64,000 nucleotides of DNA from Eledone cirrhosa (taxonomy: Eukaryota): positions 256,246,001-256,310,000 of the forward strand of contig OZ024742.1 of assembly GCA_964016885.1 (NCBI GenBank), written 5' to 3'. Shown here one piece after another: positions 44,186 to 57,547 of this stretch (within the stretch, counting starts at the first letter, position 1; each line of letters starts with the position of its first letter). A model generated the notes under the pieces. The model saw nothing but the letters and a program-made list of their open reading frames with translations. It did not search any database and had not been told where the DNA came from. A program made the position numbers and the translations under genes.

Positions 44186-44696
44186 TATATATATATACAC
44201 ACACACATACACACACACATATATATATATCTCTCTCTATATATATATATTGGAAAATGTATGAAATCCTTAGTAAGTATATGTTTGTATATATACAGAC
44301 GTAAATGTATATGTACGTATATAATGAACATGGATTTCCCTAGAGAAATGTAAGGGAAGAGCAGTTAAATGTGGAAGAAAATTTAGGGAGGGATCATATA
44401 GATTTCTTTCAGAAATAAGTTCCACGCGAAATAATCTTTATTTTCTAAGCAAGAAGTTATACATTCAATTAAAAAGATAATATTTATAAGACATGAAAAT
44501 TAAAAACGAAAGGGGAAGAAGATAAAGAAAAAAGAGAATTGAGCCACAAACGTAAGGAATAGAGGAATGGAAAGAACAGATACTACACTGCATTCTTCGC
44601 CTTGATTCGGCTGTGAGGATTTTAAATACTTGAAATAATTTAACTGGTGTACAAATAATGCTCATATGAAAGAGCTACACACAGACACGCACGCAC

Positions 44697-44751
<55 letters not shown>

Positions 44752-44804
44752 TATATATAGTGACGAAACATAAGTCAATTGCATAAACCCATAATCCTTT
44801 ATTT

Positions 44805-44860
44805 ACTACTATATATATTTCGATGATTGCCATTGAATGGCTATGACCTCATCAGGCAGT
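44805..44860 (-). ncRNA. type I hammerhead ribozyme
   Basis: ACUGC-CUGAUGA-GGUCAUaGCCAU-uca-AUGGCaAUCAUC-GAAA-UAUAUA-UA-GUAGU. Confidence 0.8.
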
Positions 44861-45606
44861 TAGTCAGCTCTTAAATATGCCAGCTTTGTGTTTATAGAGT
44901 TGATGGTATCAGAGCCTTGAGACATATATATAAAATAATTAATTAATTTAATTAGATAATTCTATTGATTGATCAATTATTTATATTTGTTTAATAACTC
45001 TCGTTGAGAGCTTCTTATGCAGTTTGTTGATTGAATTTGCTCTCCAAGAACCCGGAGGTTATTTCCCTTGTTGGGGAGTAAATATGACAGCAAAACAGTG
45101 TTTGGTACTATTAGTGGTTTACTGCCACGCTTCACATATGTTTTAGGCACAGAACGAAAATCTGTTGGTAACGTGAGTGGCCGTTTCGGTCTTCAAACAA
45201 CACAAATTTCCATATTGCGCTAGTAGGATTTTAGATTTTGAATTAATAGAAACCAATCGAGGATACTGCATAATACCCCTCGATAGGGTGCAGGTTTCTT
45301 TTTTAACCTGATTGTATTTTCGCAGTAGTGTGTATGTATGTGTATATACACGTATATACACACATATACTGTTTTCAATTTGTGATGCTATTTAACGTAT
45401 GTTACTTACTGTAAGATATAGCCTATCGATTTAACGATACATTCTTATTGAGTGCTTTGTGCAACCCCGAAATGTCACTTTATAGGTTTGGCAGACTGCC
45501 ATGAATTCGATTTTACAAAACTTCCACTTGTATATAAATATAGATACATATATACATGTATATATATAGATGTGAGAAAAACCACAGACCCTCCATCTCA
45601 ACTCTA

Positions 45607-45642
45607 CTTTTGAAAAGCAGAAGAACTGCGAAACCGGTAAAG
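45607..45642 (+). ncRNA. degenerate minimal hammerhead
   Basis: CUU-UUGAAAA-GCAG-aagaa-CUGC-GAAA-CCGG-UA-AAG, with two core substitutions. Confidence 0.5.
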
Positions 45643-45799
45643 GAACCAAATAAATATATATATATATTTTTTTAAATAAGACTCCAGTTGAATTTTCGAT
45701 TTCATCTCTTTTTCTTTATACTTTCACTCGTGTAGGACAACTCGGTTATTTTTCAATTTGTAAAAAAAACCTCACTTTCTAATATATATATATATATAT

Positions 45800-46320
45800 A
45801 TATAAACAAGAATCGTAAGTCAGCAGGTTAAAATCAACCTCGTACATCCATATTCGCTGTTATATATATTTCAGTGGTCACTATTATTCAAATGCTCTGA
45901 CCTCATTAGACAACTAGAAACATCAGACAGCATATTGATGGAAATAAAGTTTACCTCTTTATTTTCGATCTTTTGATATGCCCAGTCCCAAAGTATGGTG
46001 TATTTTTCTCAAAGAAGAGGTATTGATTAGAGTATGTGTTAGTTAATCAGCGACACTTCACTATGCAGTGTAGAGCACTCGACGAAGTACACAGGTTCTG
46101 TAAGGTTCTTTATTCTTATACATGTGCTACCAGAGCTTTGAAATTACAACAATATATTTCAGTCCGGAGCATATGAGGGAATCTATATTTTTCTGTCTTT
46201 ATCTGTTCAACTGCTATCTGATGAGGTCATTGCTACTGCATAACTTGTATCACCAAACCGATATAACAGCGATTATGATTAAACGAAACTAATTTACGCT
46301 TTGACTTCTACTCTATGTTT
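45800..46320. mobile_element. diverged head-to-head pair of hammerhead relics (45852-45913 minus, about 46213-46270 plus)
   Basis: Minus: GUUGU-CUAAUGA-GGUCA...UGACC..-GAAA-UAUAUA-UA-ACAGC. Plus: CUGAUGA-GGUCA...UAUA-ACAGC with GAAA decayed. Confidence 0.55.
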
Positions 46321-46323
46321 ATA

Positions 46324-46692
46324 TATATTAAAATATAAATATTAATAAAATAGAGGTTCTTTTGATCAATTACATTTTATTATACATATCTCGGATGTAC
46401 AACAGTACGTCCTCATCAGACAAAATATAATGATACATGACATACCCTGAGATGTTAAATTTAACATCTCAGGGTATGTCATGTATCATTATATTTTGTC
46501 TGATGAGGACGTACTGTTGTACATCCGAAATATATATAATAAAATGTAATTGATCAAAAGAACATCTATTTTATTAATATTTATATTTTAATATTAATAA
46601 CTCCGGAAAAATATTTTTTCACGTAGAGTGCTTCCAATCTACTGTAAAACTCATTCTTTGGCATAATCATTGAATATAGTTTAACACTTTAA
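46324..46692. mobile_element. about 270 bp near-perfect palindrome (centre 46459/46460) with a tail of about 95 bp
   Basis: No spacer (GATGTTAAA|TTTAACATC), only a few mismatches between arms, flanked by TA repeats. Confidence 0.92.
46493..46545 (+). ncRNA. type I hammerhead ribozyme
   Basis: AUUUUGU-CUGAUGA-GGAcGUAC-uguu-GUACaUCC-GAAA-UAUAUA-UA-AUAAAAU. The mirror arm has GAGA instead of GAAA. Confidence 0.85.
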
Positions 46693-46863
46693 TATATATA
46701 TATATATTAGTATTGGTGCTCTGAAATAGAGATGTATACATGAATGTATGTATAGTTTATTGCTAAATATATTATACATACATTCATATATATATATATG
46801 AAAGTATGTATAGTATATTTGGCAATAAACTATACATACACACACACACTCACCCCCCATATA

Positions 46864-46909
<46 letters not shown>

Positions 46910-47524
46910 AGTATATCTGTGTGTGTGTGTAAGTATGCATGTATGTATACATGTATCTATGTAACTATTTTTATATAACGAGACAGACTTACTTATGGAG
47001 ATATAGGTGAGTGATAGAGAAATCTAATGAAACGTAGGCTTTAATAAGAGATATACGCCAGTGAAAATAAATTAGTTATATTCAGCCACATATTCTATAT
47101 GAGCAACAAAAAACGCTGCCAATTATATCGCTATATTTATGGAATATTTTCTTCGTTTTTGCCTAATGCATCCTATAACTTCTCTAATAAATGATGCTAT
47201 CTTTCTGTAACCCCTCACTCTCTTTCCTTTCTCAGATCTCTCCCATTCTGCTCCTCTGCCTTCTTGTAATATGAACATACATATTATATGAAAAGAATAT
47301 GTTTATAACAGCTAAATATATCATCACGACTATGTCTAAATTGTGACGAAAATTGTTAAAAAGTCAAGATAGTGCTACCAAAATAGTCGTATATATTTTG
47401 CCTAGATTTCTTGGAAATGAATTGTAGTTTTTTTTTTACTCATTATTTACAGAATAATTTTTCTTTCAATAATTTCCTCTTCTTCTTCTTCTTCGTCTTC
47501 TTCTTATTATTATTATTATTATCT

Positions 47525-48546
47525 TTTCCCAGCTCATCTCCTTGACGGAGCTGCAGTCATGGATCAAGCGAAGACCGAGAGGGAGCGCTTGGAGACTGGA
47601 ATGTCTTCAGGCGCACACAATCCTCGACCAATCGGGCAATGTGGTCGGTGGAAACTCCACCTTGGCGTTCTATAGAGGATTAGTGCAGCGGAAGAGCGAC
47701 GACGAACTTGGGGAAACTCTAGGCGTCGACGAAAATCAACTAGCCAAACACTTTGGAAGAACTTTCTGGCCGGGGCCTATGGACAGCCTCCAGAAATCCC
47801 TGGCCTGGCAGTGCAACCGAGGAGCTTTGCCAGTTCGGGATAAACTCTAGAGGCATGGAGGTGCCGTCAGCCGGGCATGTCCGAGATGCGCACATGCGAC
47901 GAAACCGTCCTGCATGCAATCGTCCAGTGTCCGAGCATTGCTGAATTGTGGGTTTATGTCGAACACCTGCTGTCGCGTAGTATAACGGATCCGACTATCA
48001 GCTGAGTCCATCGTGAGGATGGCCCCGCCCTCTTCCTTTAACCGGGAACGGCAGGCAGATTTTATCTGTATGGTGGCCATGGCGAAAGAGATAGTATGGT
48101 GTACGCGTCTGAAAGGGCTGAAGTCGAGCACTTACCTCTTCGGTGCTGCCCTGATTAACTTTTTCCAATTTCATTTGAAAAGGAAAATCAGGGTAGAGAG
48201 GGAGGTGCTCTCTTCCCAACTTTTTGTTGAAAGATGGGTGAGAGAGGCAAGAATGGCCCGAGTGAGTGGACCTACTCTGAGTATATGCCTGTAAATTGAA
48301 GGTGGAAAACTGGGAGAGGACAATTGCCCTGGTGGTCAGGGTCACCGTCGCTTTTTTAATGGGCTTTCTCCACGATTGCCCTCGGAAGTCTCCCCCATAT
48401 TGAGGAATTTGTCATTGTTCTTTTATTACGTCCTCTGTTTTTTTGTATTTTTTTACACGCAGAAATGTCCATTTGTACCGTCCTGTATTGTCCTGTACTG
48501 TCCTTAATGTCTACTTTGAGTAAACCCTGTGGTTAAAAACGAAAGC
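47525..48546 (+). mobile_element. 3' fragment of an L1/Tx1-type LINE
   Basis: SLAWQ...GALPVRDKL, CPRC...ETVLHAIVQC (zf-RVT-like) and AKEIVWCTR. Preceded by (TTA)n. Confidence 0.75.
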
Positions 48547-48552
48547 ATTATT

Positions 48553-51219
48553 GCTCTCTGAGTCTCAGTCATTGATGTCAGTTAACTGGAAAGTTTGTTG
48601 AAATGAATATCAAGCCACTACCTGCAGCCTCAGATATTCAGGACGTATCGGAGGGTTCTTGCTGTTCCCAGCAAGCATGTCTTTTGAAGCGTTCCAAAAA
48701 GCGTGGCGGGGCCAATTTTCTTTAACCATCCCTGGAAACTTTTTGAGATAGTACCTAGAGCGCCTATGACAATCGGGACCACTTTGACTTCATGGCAGTT
48801 CCAAATACTTTTTACCTCCTACTTAAATCCTGGTATCGGTTAATTTTCTCCCTCTCCTTCTCTTGCACCCTCGTGTCTAATGGGCAGGCCACATCCACAA
48901 TCAGGCACGATCTTTTTTCCTTGTCCAAAACCACCAGGTCAGGTCTATTGTGTTCCAGTTTCTTGTCCGTCTGTATCCTAAAATTCTACAGCACCTTCAC
49001 CTGATCGTTTTCTATCACCGACTCTGGCTTATGCTCATACCACTTCTCAGAATGTGGTAAATTGTTTACTTTGCATAGGTGCCAGTGGATCACCCTGCCC
49101 ATCACCATCACATCATCTCTCCAGCCCTTATAGTGAGTCTGGGTTAGGTGTTTACACTCGGATACAATGTGATCCACAGTCTCCTCTCTCTCTCCACAGA
49201 TCCTGCACAGTGGGCTAGCCTCCTCCTTGTAAATATGGTGTTTCAACCACTTCGCTTTGAGGGCCTGCTCTTGCGCAGCCATTAGCATTCTTTCTGTAGC
49301 CTTTTTAAGGTCTCCTCTTTTCAACCAGTACATTGTCTGTGGATCTCTGAATTCAGTTTTCTCAAAGAAGGTTCTATGAAAGGATTTTTCCTGAAGGCTG
49401 CTCTTTCTCCTTGTTGTTATTTCCTCCTCGGACATCCCCTGGTCTATTGTCCTCTCCTTCAGTACAGTTCTGAGCATTGGCTCCTTACTATCAGTCACAT
49501 ACTTGTGTAGGTTGTTTTTCTCCATCTGAAAACAGTCCTCTATGCTGATAAGACCTCTTCCACCTTCAAATCTCCTTAAGTAGAGTCTATCGACATCATT
49601 CCTCTTGTGGAACATGTTGTAGATAGTCAATAGCTTCCTAGTCTTCCTATCCATTTCTTTTTGTTCAACAACATTCCATCTCAGAATTCCCGCACTGTAC
49701 CTAATAATAGACACAGCTCGGGAATTTACTGCACTTATGGCATTCCTACTGTTCAGATGTGATTTTAATACGCTCCTTATTCTCCGAATGTATTCAGTTC
49801 TTATCAATTCCTTCATTTTTTTTGTTCTTGATGTCATCAACCTCCAGAACACCCAAATACTTGTATCCTTCTTCAGTGTAAATTTCCTTTATCAACTCAC
49901 CTGTTGGTACCTGAATCCCGTTGCTTCTGCTCAATTTACCCCCTCTTCATCACAAGGACTCCACACTTACTAATACCAAATTGTATACATACATCATTGC
50001 TGAAAATACGGACAGTGTCAACAAGTACATCCAACTGCTTCTCACTCTTCCCGAAGTGCTTAAGATCGTCCATGAAGAGGAGGTGATTGATGGTAAGCTC
50101 TCCCTTTCCCAACTTGTATCCTGCTCTCACTTTTCACCGTATAATGGTCAAGGGTATCAGGGCAAGAACAAACAACAGAGGGGACAGACTATCTCCCTGG
50201 AAGATACCTCTCTTGATCTTCACGCCTCCCAAGGATTCTCAAGCTGATGTTAACTCTGTTTTCGAGGACTTCATACTTTTGCCTAACAACTGTCTGATGT
50301 TATCTGATAGCTTGAAGATCTCTAGGCTTTTGGTGATCCAGGAATGAAGCACCATGTCAAATGCCTTTTTGTAGTCTTTCCATCCCATGGCAAGACCAGT
50401 GTGTCTCCTCCTGCAGTTCCCCATTACCATCTTATCAATAAGTAACTGGTCCTTTGTACCACGGGACTTCTTTCGGCATCCTTTCTGTTCGTCCGGTAAC
50501 AAGTTGTTTGTGTGGATGTGATGGTAGATTTCCTCAGACATAATGCTTGTCAACTGTTTCCACATGACGGACAGACATGTGATAGGTCTATAGTTGGTAA
50601 CATCATTACCCTTGATTCCGTCTTTCATTACCAGAACTGTGGTACATTTTGTCAACCACTCTGGTACCTCACCTGACATCAAGCAGTCATTGAACATGGT
50701 TGTCAGTTTCGGGTGGAGTTATGTTATATTTTTAATCCAATGCCCCTGCACACCATCTGGGACTGGTGATTTCCAGTTGGTTAGTTTTTTGGCCTGCCCC
50801 TTTAGAGTTTCAACTGTGATACTCAAATCAGTTTGTTGGTGCGCCTATTTACTAATCTCCTTTTGTACTATCTCAATCCACACTGCCTGGTCATTATGTT
50901 TAACATCCTGCTGCAATATTCCTCTCCAGAATGTCTTAGTTTGTTCCGCCCCAGGGATCAAGACGTTGCCTCTTTCTTTCCCTTCAAGCTGTCCAAACAG
51001 CATCTTCTGATTGTTGTCAAACATGCGTTTCTGTCTATACTGACTGTCTCTGCTCTCGTATCGCCTAATTTTTGAACTCTTTGCTACAATGCGTTGCTTC
51101 AGTTCCTCTATGATAATATTTAGCTTTTTCCTCCTAGTTTTGTACTTTATTTCCAGTCTATTGTTAGTGTCTATGTTGTTTAGTGTCCCATTCGGTAGGG
51201 ACTCAAGCTTTCCAATGTC
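48553..51219 (-). mobile_element. 5'-truncated R4/Dong-like RLE non-LTR retrotransposon, frameshifted
   Basis: NYRPITCL, EQKGC...GTKDQL, DYKKAFDMV, HLLFMDDLK, CRICGEREETVDHIVSEC, NRPDL. Apparent 11-bp TSD AAAGCATTATT. Confidence 0.88.
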
Positions 51220-51334
51220 AAAGCATTATTATTATTATTCTATTTCATTTACATGTTGAATTCAATTGGAAACATCAATATAGCCAAAAGAGGGAAACTA
51301 TTTGAAAGTAAATATATATTAGCGTATTATACAC

Positions 51335-51367
<33 letters not shown>

Positions 51368-51379
51368 TACACACACACA

Positions 51380-51444
<65 letters not shown>

Positions 51445-51449
51445 GCACT

Positions 51450-51497
<48 letters not shown>

Positions 51498-51962
51498 TAA
51501 GAGGAATTCCAACTTTGTCTGATTTACTCGTTTTATTTACAATCCTTTAAAATTTATAATGGTATTATAATGAAATAGTATGATAGAATATTAAATTCTA
51601 AGTGTTAATTGAATAAGTACTTTCATTCTTTCGCAATCTTCAGGTTCATAATATGTGGTGACAGTCAAATTTGCAATTTTCAACTGTAATAAGATGGGTA
51701 AATTTCCTACCTTTTATACATTTTATACAGGGAAAAGTGGCTCCAGAATGCTAAGCCCTGCAAACTGTATTTCGACCAATCAGTGTGTAGTTTCACTGAA
51801 TTACTAAAGCTGATTGGTTTAAGCGTCACGGCTGGTTGAGCATGTCTAACGACCAATAATTAATCATATCCAGAGCCACAATTGTTTTGCTATTTTTAGA
51901 AATGATGAAAATAGCATTTTCTATTAATCATCACCATCAACATAACTTTTATTATTATTATT

Positions 51963-52019
<57 letters not shown>

Positions 52020-52066
52020 AGTGGTCGTAGTCATGGTGATAGTAGAAGTAATACCCCTAAGCGTTA

Positions 52067-53020
52067 TTATTGTTCATTTAGCTTGGGTTTGAATTTATCA
52101 ATAACATTCTTTTCTTTGATTTTTCTCTTGATTTCACTTGGGCTGTGTAATTTGTAGAATGGGAATATTATAAATATTCCCTGACCACATGTTGCTATAT
52201 GGTTACTTAGGGGTATCTGACGGACATTTGGGTCTCTGATTTGTTGACGGTGTACCCGTGCACGTTCCGATAGTGCATTTCCAGTTTGACCGACATATAG
52301 TTCTTCACAATTCGGGCATTTAATGCAGTAAATTAGATTTCTGCTTTTGCAGTTCATATTTGCATTTGGGAATATTTTTCCAGTTTTTGTTTTCATATAT
52401 TGACCGGCGTGTATGGATTTACATGTGCCGCATCGACTTTCATTACATTTAGATACAGTGAATGATTGGTCTTTGTTGTTAAGGTCAAACTTTGCTTTTG
52501 TTAGTAATTGCTTTACATTTTTTTGCTGTCTTTTACTAAGAGTCAAAGATCGATCTGTGATTAAGCCTTTTAATTCATTACTTTGAGCAATGATCGGTAG
52601 GTTTGCTTTGGCAGTGTTGAAGATATTCTGGTGACATGGGTTGTGTGTCATTATAAATGGTATGACCAGTTCTTGGTTTCTTCTTCCTTGGGTTGTCCTA
52701 AGTTGTTGTATAGGTATTTTTATAGCCCGCTGTATGCCATTTTCTATAATTAGAGATGGGTATTTTTGTTTGAGCAAAAATTCTCTTAGTTCTGTTAGGC
52801 GTTTGTACCTGGTATTCGTATCTTCTACAATGGTACAAATTCTTTTGGCTAGGCAGTATGGGATGTTGCGTTTTGTATGAGGTGGATGGCACGACTTAAA
52901 ATTCAGATATTGATGGGTGTCTGTGTGTTTATAATATATATCCGTGGTAATGGTGGTGTCGTTTTTGATTATCATTATATCTAGGAATAGTAATTTGGTC
53001 CTACTCATCTCTTTTGTGAA
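52067..53020 (-). pseudogene. inverted partial PLE ORF (RT thumb and GIY-YIG)
   Basis: FTKEMSRTKL...PKLNEQ. The ORF-track N-terminus is antisense pLTR sequence. Confidence 0.9.
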
Positions 53021-53291
53021 AATTGAAAGTTGAAAATTGCAAACTTGACTGTCACCACATATTATGAACCTAAAGATTGCGAAAGCATGAAAGTACTTGT
53101 TCAATTAACACTTAGAATTTAATATTCTATCATACTATTTCATTATAATACCATTATAAATTTTAAAGTATTGTAAATAAAACGAGTAAATCAGACAAAG
53201 TTGGAATTCCTCTTATTAATATAATCTTCTATACACAATCATACACACCCGTGTATATTTACCTATATCTATATATATATATATATTCCTA

Positions 53292-56200
53292 TTGTGTATA
53301 TGCCAACATGTCTTAAAGCAACAAATGAAATCAACAGAATCAGAAAGAATTCTAAAGGAGATATCATCGAAATTATCAACACTTATCACGATGATGGACA
53401 CACAATCCTCTATTTTAAAGGAAATAGAAAAACAATCTGCAGACGGAAAACTTATAACTGAACATATAAACTCTGAAATTAAGAATTTAGCTGAAATTAT
53501 ACCAACAGTTATCAAAGATACAAGAGAAAGCCTATCACAACCCCCTTGGATGTCAGAAATAAACGAAAGAAATTTGGAAAACAAAACACATCGAATAAGA
53601 AAAGAAATGTGGAAGACATGGAAAAAATTCCTTAACATAAGAAAACAAAATTTCTGGAAAGCATACAAATGCGAAAAATATGTCGAAACACATTCGAAAT
53701 GGCTCTCTCTAACGGCACCCATACTCCCTCGTAAATACCTAATTACAGAAATTGCATGAGAACCAGAAGAAGAAACAAAACTCCGATGGGAACTTACATT
53801 GACAAAATTCAGGACCGACATCTCCATTTCTGAATGTAAACAATCCCGCTACAAAGCCAAATATGAAGCTATTGATGACCAAATTGAAGTTGAAATTTCA
53901 AAGCTAACGACTGGTATTATAGCTGAACAACTACGAGAACTATGGATCAGAGATATCTCAAAAGAAGAAATCAAATCAAGAAATGTATGGCAGCAGAAAC
54001 AATTATTTCTCGACGAATATGCTGCAAATTACGGCAAAGACTCTAGAACCCTGAGAAAAATCATTAAAAGTGGGCAATCTCATCAACACAACATACGCCA
54101 GAACACGTGCCAACACAAACACTCACCTTACCTTGAATCAAAGAAGAAATACGGTAATAACTCTTCGCTTTTTCTACAAAAACACCCTATCGCACACAAC
54201 ATGAACAAAAAGCACAAACACGATAGATATTCCTTTGACCAGACCATGAGAAGTAGTAAAACCAGCAGATCATTCTCAAGATCTCAACAGAGACTACCAA
54301 CAAGGGATGTGGAAATAAAACGTAGAATAACCAGATCACTCTCAAGATCTCAACAGAGATTGCCCACAAGAAACTGGACGAAAATCGATCTAAACCTGAA
54401 AGCAAACCTAGGTCATTTCCCCAGATTGTTAAAAATAATGCTAACAGGAAGAAAAATAATATACAGAATACCAAAAATATGACAAAATACATAACGAAAC
54501 CAAATATAATATCACGACCAAAAGTTCATCAAGCGAACACCAACAGGAATATAAATCCTGAACAGAGAAAAATCCATTTTTTAACGTCGGGACAACAAAA
54601 ACCGGAAAAAGAAAAACTCCAGGAGGAAACATACCCAAAACAACTGTACACGTAAATCCTAAAATAATTAATTTATCTAAAAGAGATCTTGACAATGATG
54701 AAATGCAAATTCTGTCAAAAGGACTGACATTCATACCGACTCCAACAGTCAACCACCAAGAACTGAAGGAGGATACCCAAGAATTCTGTCGAAAATTATG
54801 TCTTGTAGAATTCTTCGCAGATAAAAGTAATGAGAGTGATGAATCACTAGTAAAGAATAAATCAAATTTCACTCCGCCAAAAGGAAGAAATATCTATCTC
54901 GACCAATACATCCTGTCTAAATTTCGTCTTAGACATAATACTAATGTTAGGCCAAACATTAACAAATCAGAAATGTCTGCACTTAAACGTATACAAAATG
55001 ATAAAACAATAATAATTAAACAAGCGGATAAAGGGGGTGCAGTTGTTATAAAGGATACTGAATACTACAAGGATTTGGTTGAGGAACAACTGAAAGACAT
55101 AACATTCTATCATGAAATACCGTCAAATATAAACCACAACATCATGAAGAAGATCAACAACCTGGCTTCAAAATACCACAACCCACTTACTGATAAGGAA
55201 AGAGACTACATCACCAATTTTGAGCCGAAACCCAGCAACCTGTATGCCTACCGAAAGTTCATAAGTCAAAAGAAATACGACTGGCTGTAAGAGAACAAAA
55301 CAGTGAGTACATTAAATTATTACACCCAAAACACTTAAAACTTAGACCTATTATAGCTGATCCAACATGCCCCACCCACCGTCTTAGCAATTTTGTTGAC
55401 ATTATTTTGAAAACACTATGTATTCACATACCCAGTTTCATCCGGGATGATATCGACTTCCTGTCCCATCTTCCCAAAACCACGGACACGAATTCACTTC
55501 TACTCAGTTTTGATTTGGTAAGCCTTTACACCAACATTACACATGATTTAGGAATAAAGGCGGTTAAATACTGGGTGGAAAAAAACATAGAGAAGTGATT
55601 CCCATCAGATTCACAGCGCCATTTATATTAGACGCAGTTAAACATATTCTGGAAAACAACACTTTCTTCTTCAATGGAAATATTTACATCCAAATTAGAG
55701 GCACAGCGATGGGAACGTAGTTTGCTCCCGTTTACACGAACTCTGTAATGGGATACTTAGAACAACAACTCTACCAAGAAATAGAGGAAAAATATAGTAC
55801 TGACTTTAGAAAGTACATTGAAAAATCTTGGAAGAGATACCTAGACGACTGTTTCATCATCTGGACAGAATCTCTAGATACTCTGGATGAGTTCAATATC
55901 CTCCTGAATAACCTACACCCATCTCTCCAATTCACAAAAGAGATGAGTAGGACCAAATTACCATTCCTAGATATAATGATAATCAAAAACGACACCACCA
56001 TTACCACGGATATATATTATAAACACACAGACACCCATCAATATCTGAATTTTAAGTCGTGCCATCCACCTCATACAAAACGCAACATCCCATACTGCCT
56101 AGCCAAAAGAATTTGTACCATTGTAGAAGATACGAATACCAGGTACAAACGCCTAACAGAACTAAGAGAATTTTTGCTCAAACAAAAATACCCATCTCTA

Positions 56201-56884
56201 ATTATAGAAAATGGCATACAGCGGGCTATAAAAATACCTATGCAACAACTTAGGACAACCCAAGGAAGAAGAAACCAAGAACTGGTCATACCATTTATAA
56301 TGACACGCAACCCATGTCACCAGAATATCTTCAACACTGCCAAATCAAACCTACCGATCATTGCTCAAAGTAATGAATTAAAAGGCTTAATCACAGATCG
56401 ATCTTTGACTCTTAGTAAAAGACAGCAAAAAAATGTAAAGCAATTACTAACAAAAGCAAAGTTTGACCTTAACAACAAAGACCAATCATTCACTGTATCT
56501 AAATGTAATGAAAGTCGATGCGGCACATGTAAATCCATACACGCCGGTCAATATATGAAAACAAAAACTGGAAAAATATTCCCAAATGCAAATATGAACT
56601 GCAAAAGCAGAAATCTAATTTACTGCATTAAATGCCCGAATTGTGAAGAACTATATGTCGGTCAAACTGGAAATGCACTATCGGAACGTGCACGGGTACA
56701 CCGTCAACAAATCAGAGACCCAAATGTCCGTCAGATACCCCTAAGTAACCATATAGCAACATGTGGTCAGGGAATATTTATAATATTCCCATTCTACAAA
56801 TTACACAGCCCAAGTGAAATCAAGAGAAAAATCAAAGAAAAGAATGTTATTGATAAATTCAAACCCAAGCTAAATGAACAATAA
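53292..56884 (+). pseudogene. PLE polyprotein: N-terminal region of about 460 codons, RT and GIY-YIG, broken by frameshifts and stops
   Basis: Consecutive ORF pieces 53292-53759 (TGA, in frame with) 53799-54482, then IINLSKRDL, LSKGLTFIP, ADKGGAVV, SFDLVSLYTNI, GTAMGT*FAP, RYLDD and GIY-YIG. Confidence 0.9.
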
Positions 56885-56931
56885 TAACGCTTAGGGGTAT
56901 TACTTCTACTACCACCATGACTACGACCACT

Positions 56932-56967
<36 letters not shown>

Positions 56968-57281
56968 AATAATAATAATAAAAGTTATGTTGATGGTGAT
57001 GATTAATAGAAAATGCTATTTTCATCATTTCTAAAAATAGAAAAACAATTGATGCTTTGGATATGATTAATTATTGGTCGTTAGACATGCTCAACCAGCC
57101 GTGACGCTTAAACCAATCAGCTTTAGTAATTCAGTGAAACTACACACTGATTGGTCGAAATACAGTTTGCAGGGCTTAGCATTCTGGAGCCACTTTTCCC
57201 TGTATAAAATGTATAAAAGGTAGGAAATTTACCCATCTTATTACAGTTGAAAATTGCAAACTTGACTGTCACCACATATTA

Positions 57282-57320
57282 TGAACCTGAAGATTGCGAA
57301 AGAATGAAAGTACTTATTCA
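57282..57320 (+). ncRNA. pLTR hammerhead with stem mutations; sister copies at 51610-51648 (-) and 53065-53103 (+)
   Basis: Same motif as 38508-38546. 57282 and 51610 share GAAU/AUUCA changes; 53065 has CUAAAGA. Confidence 0.8.
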
Positions 57321-57482
57321 ATTAACACTTAGAATTTAATATTCTATCATACTATTTCATTATAATACCATTATAAATTTTAAAGGATTGTAAATAAAAC
57401 GAGTAAATCAGACAAAGTTGGAATTCCTCTTATTAATATAATCTTCTATACACAATCATACACACCCGTGTATATTTACCTA

Positions 57483-57547
<65 letters not shown>

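Larger units (their letters stand above)
51492..57490 (+). mobile_element. composite Neptune-like PLE, copy 2: inverted 3' part (51492-53025), partial direct pLTR (53028-53275), near full-length body (53285-57490)
   Basis: The 52067-53020(-) protein is nearly identical to the C-terminal part of 55748-56884(+). 53028-53270 matches 57245-57485. Confidence 0.95.

Noticed and set aside
53757-53759. Selenocysteine codon in the PLE
   Set aside because: It is in a single copy, not at a Cys-like position, and I could not identify a SECIS. A point mutation is more likely.
37020-56310. Repeated small ORFs overlapping the PLE ORF (78-79 aa antisense, 64 aa alternate frame)
   Set aside because: They recur only because the DNA copies are near identical. 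No independent coding signal.
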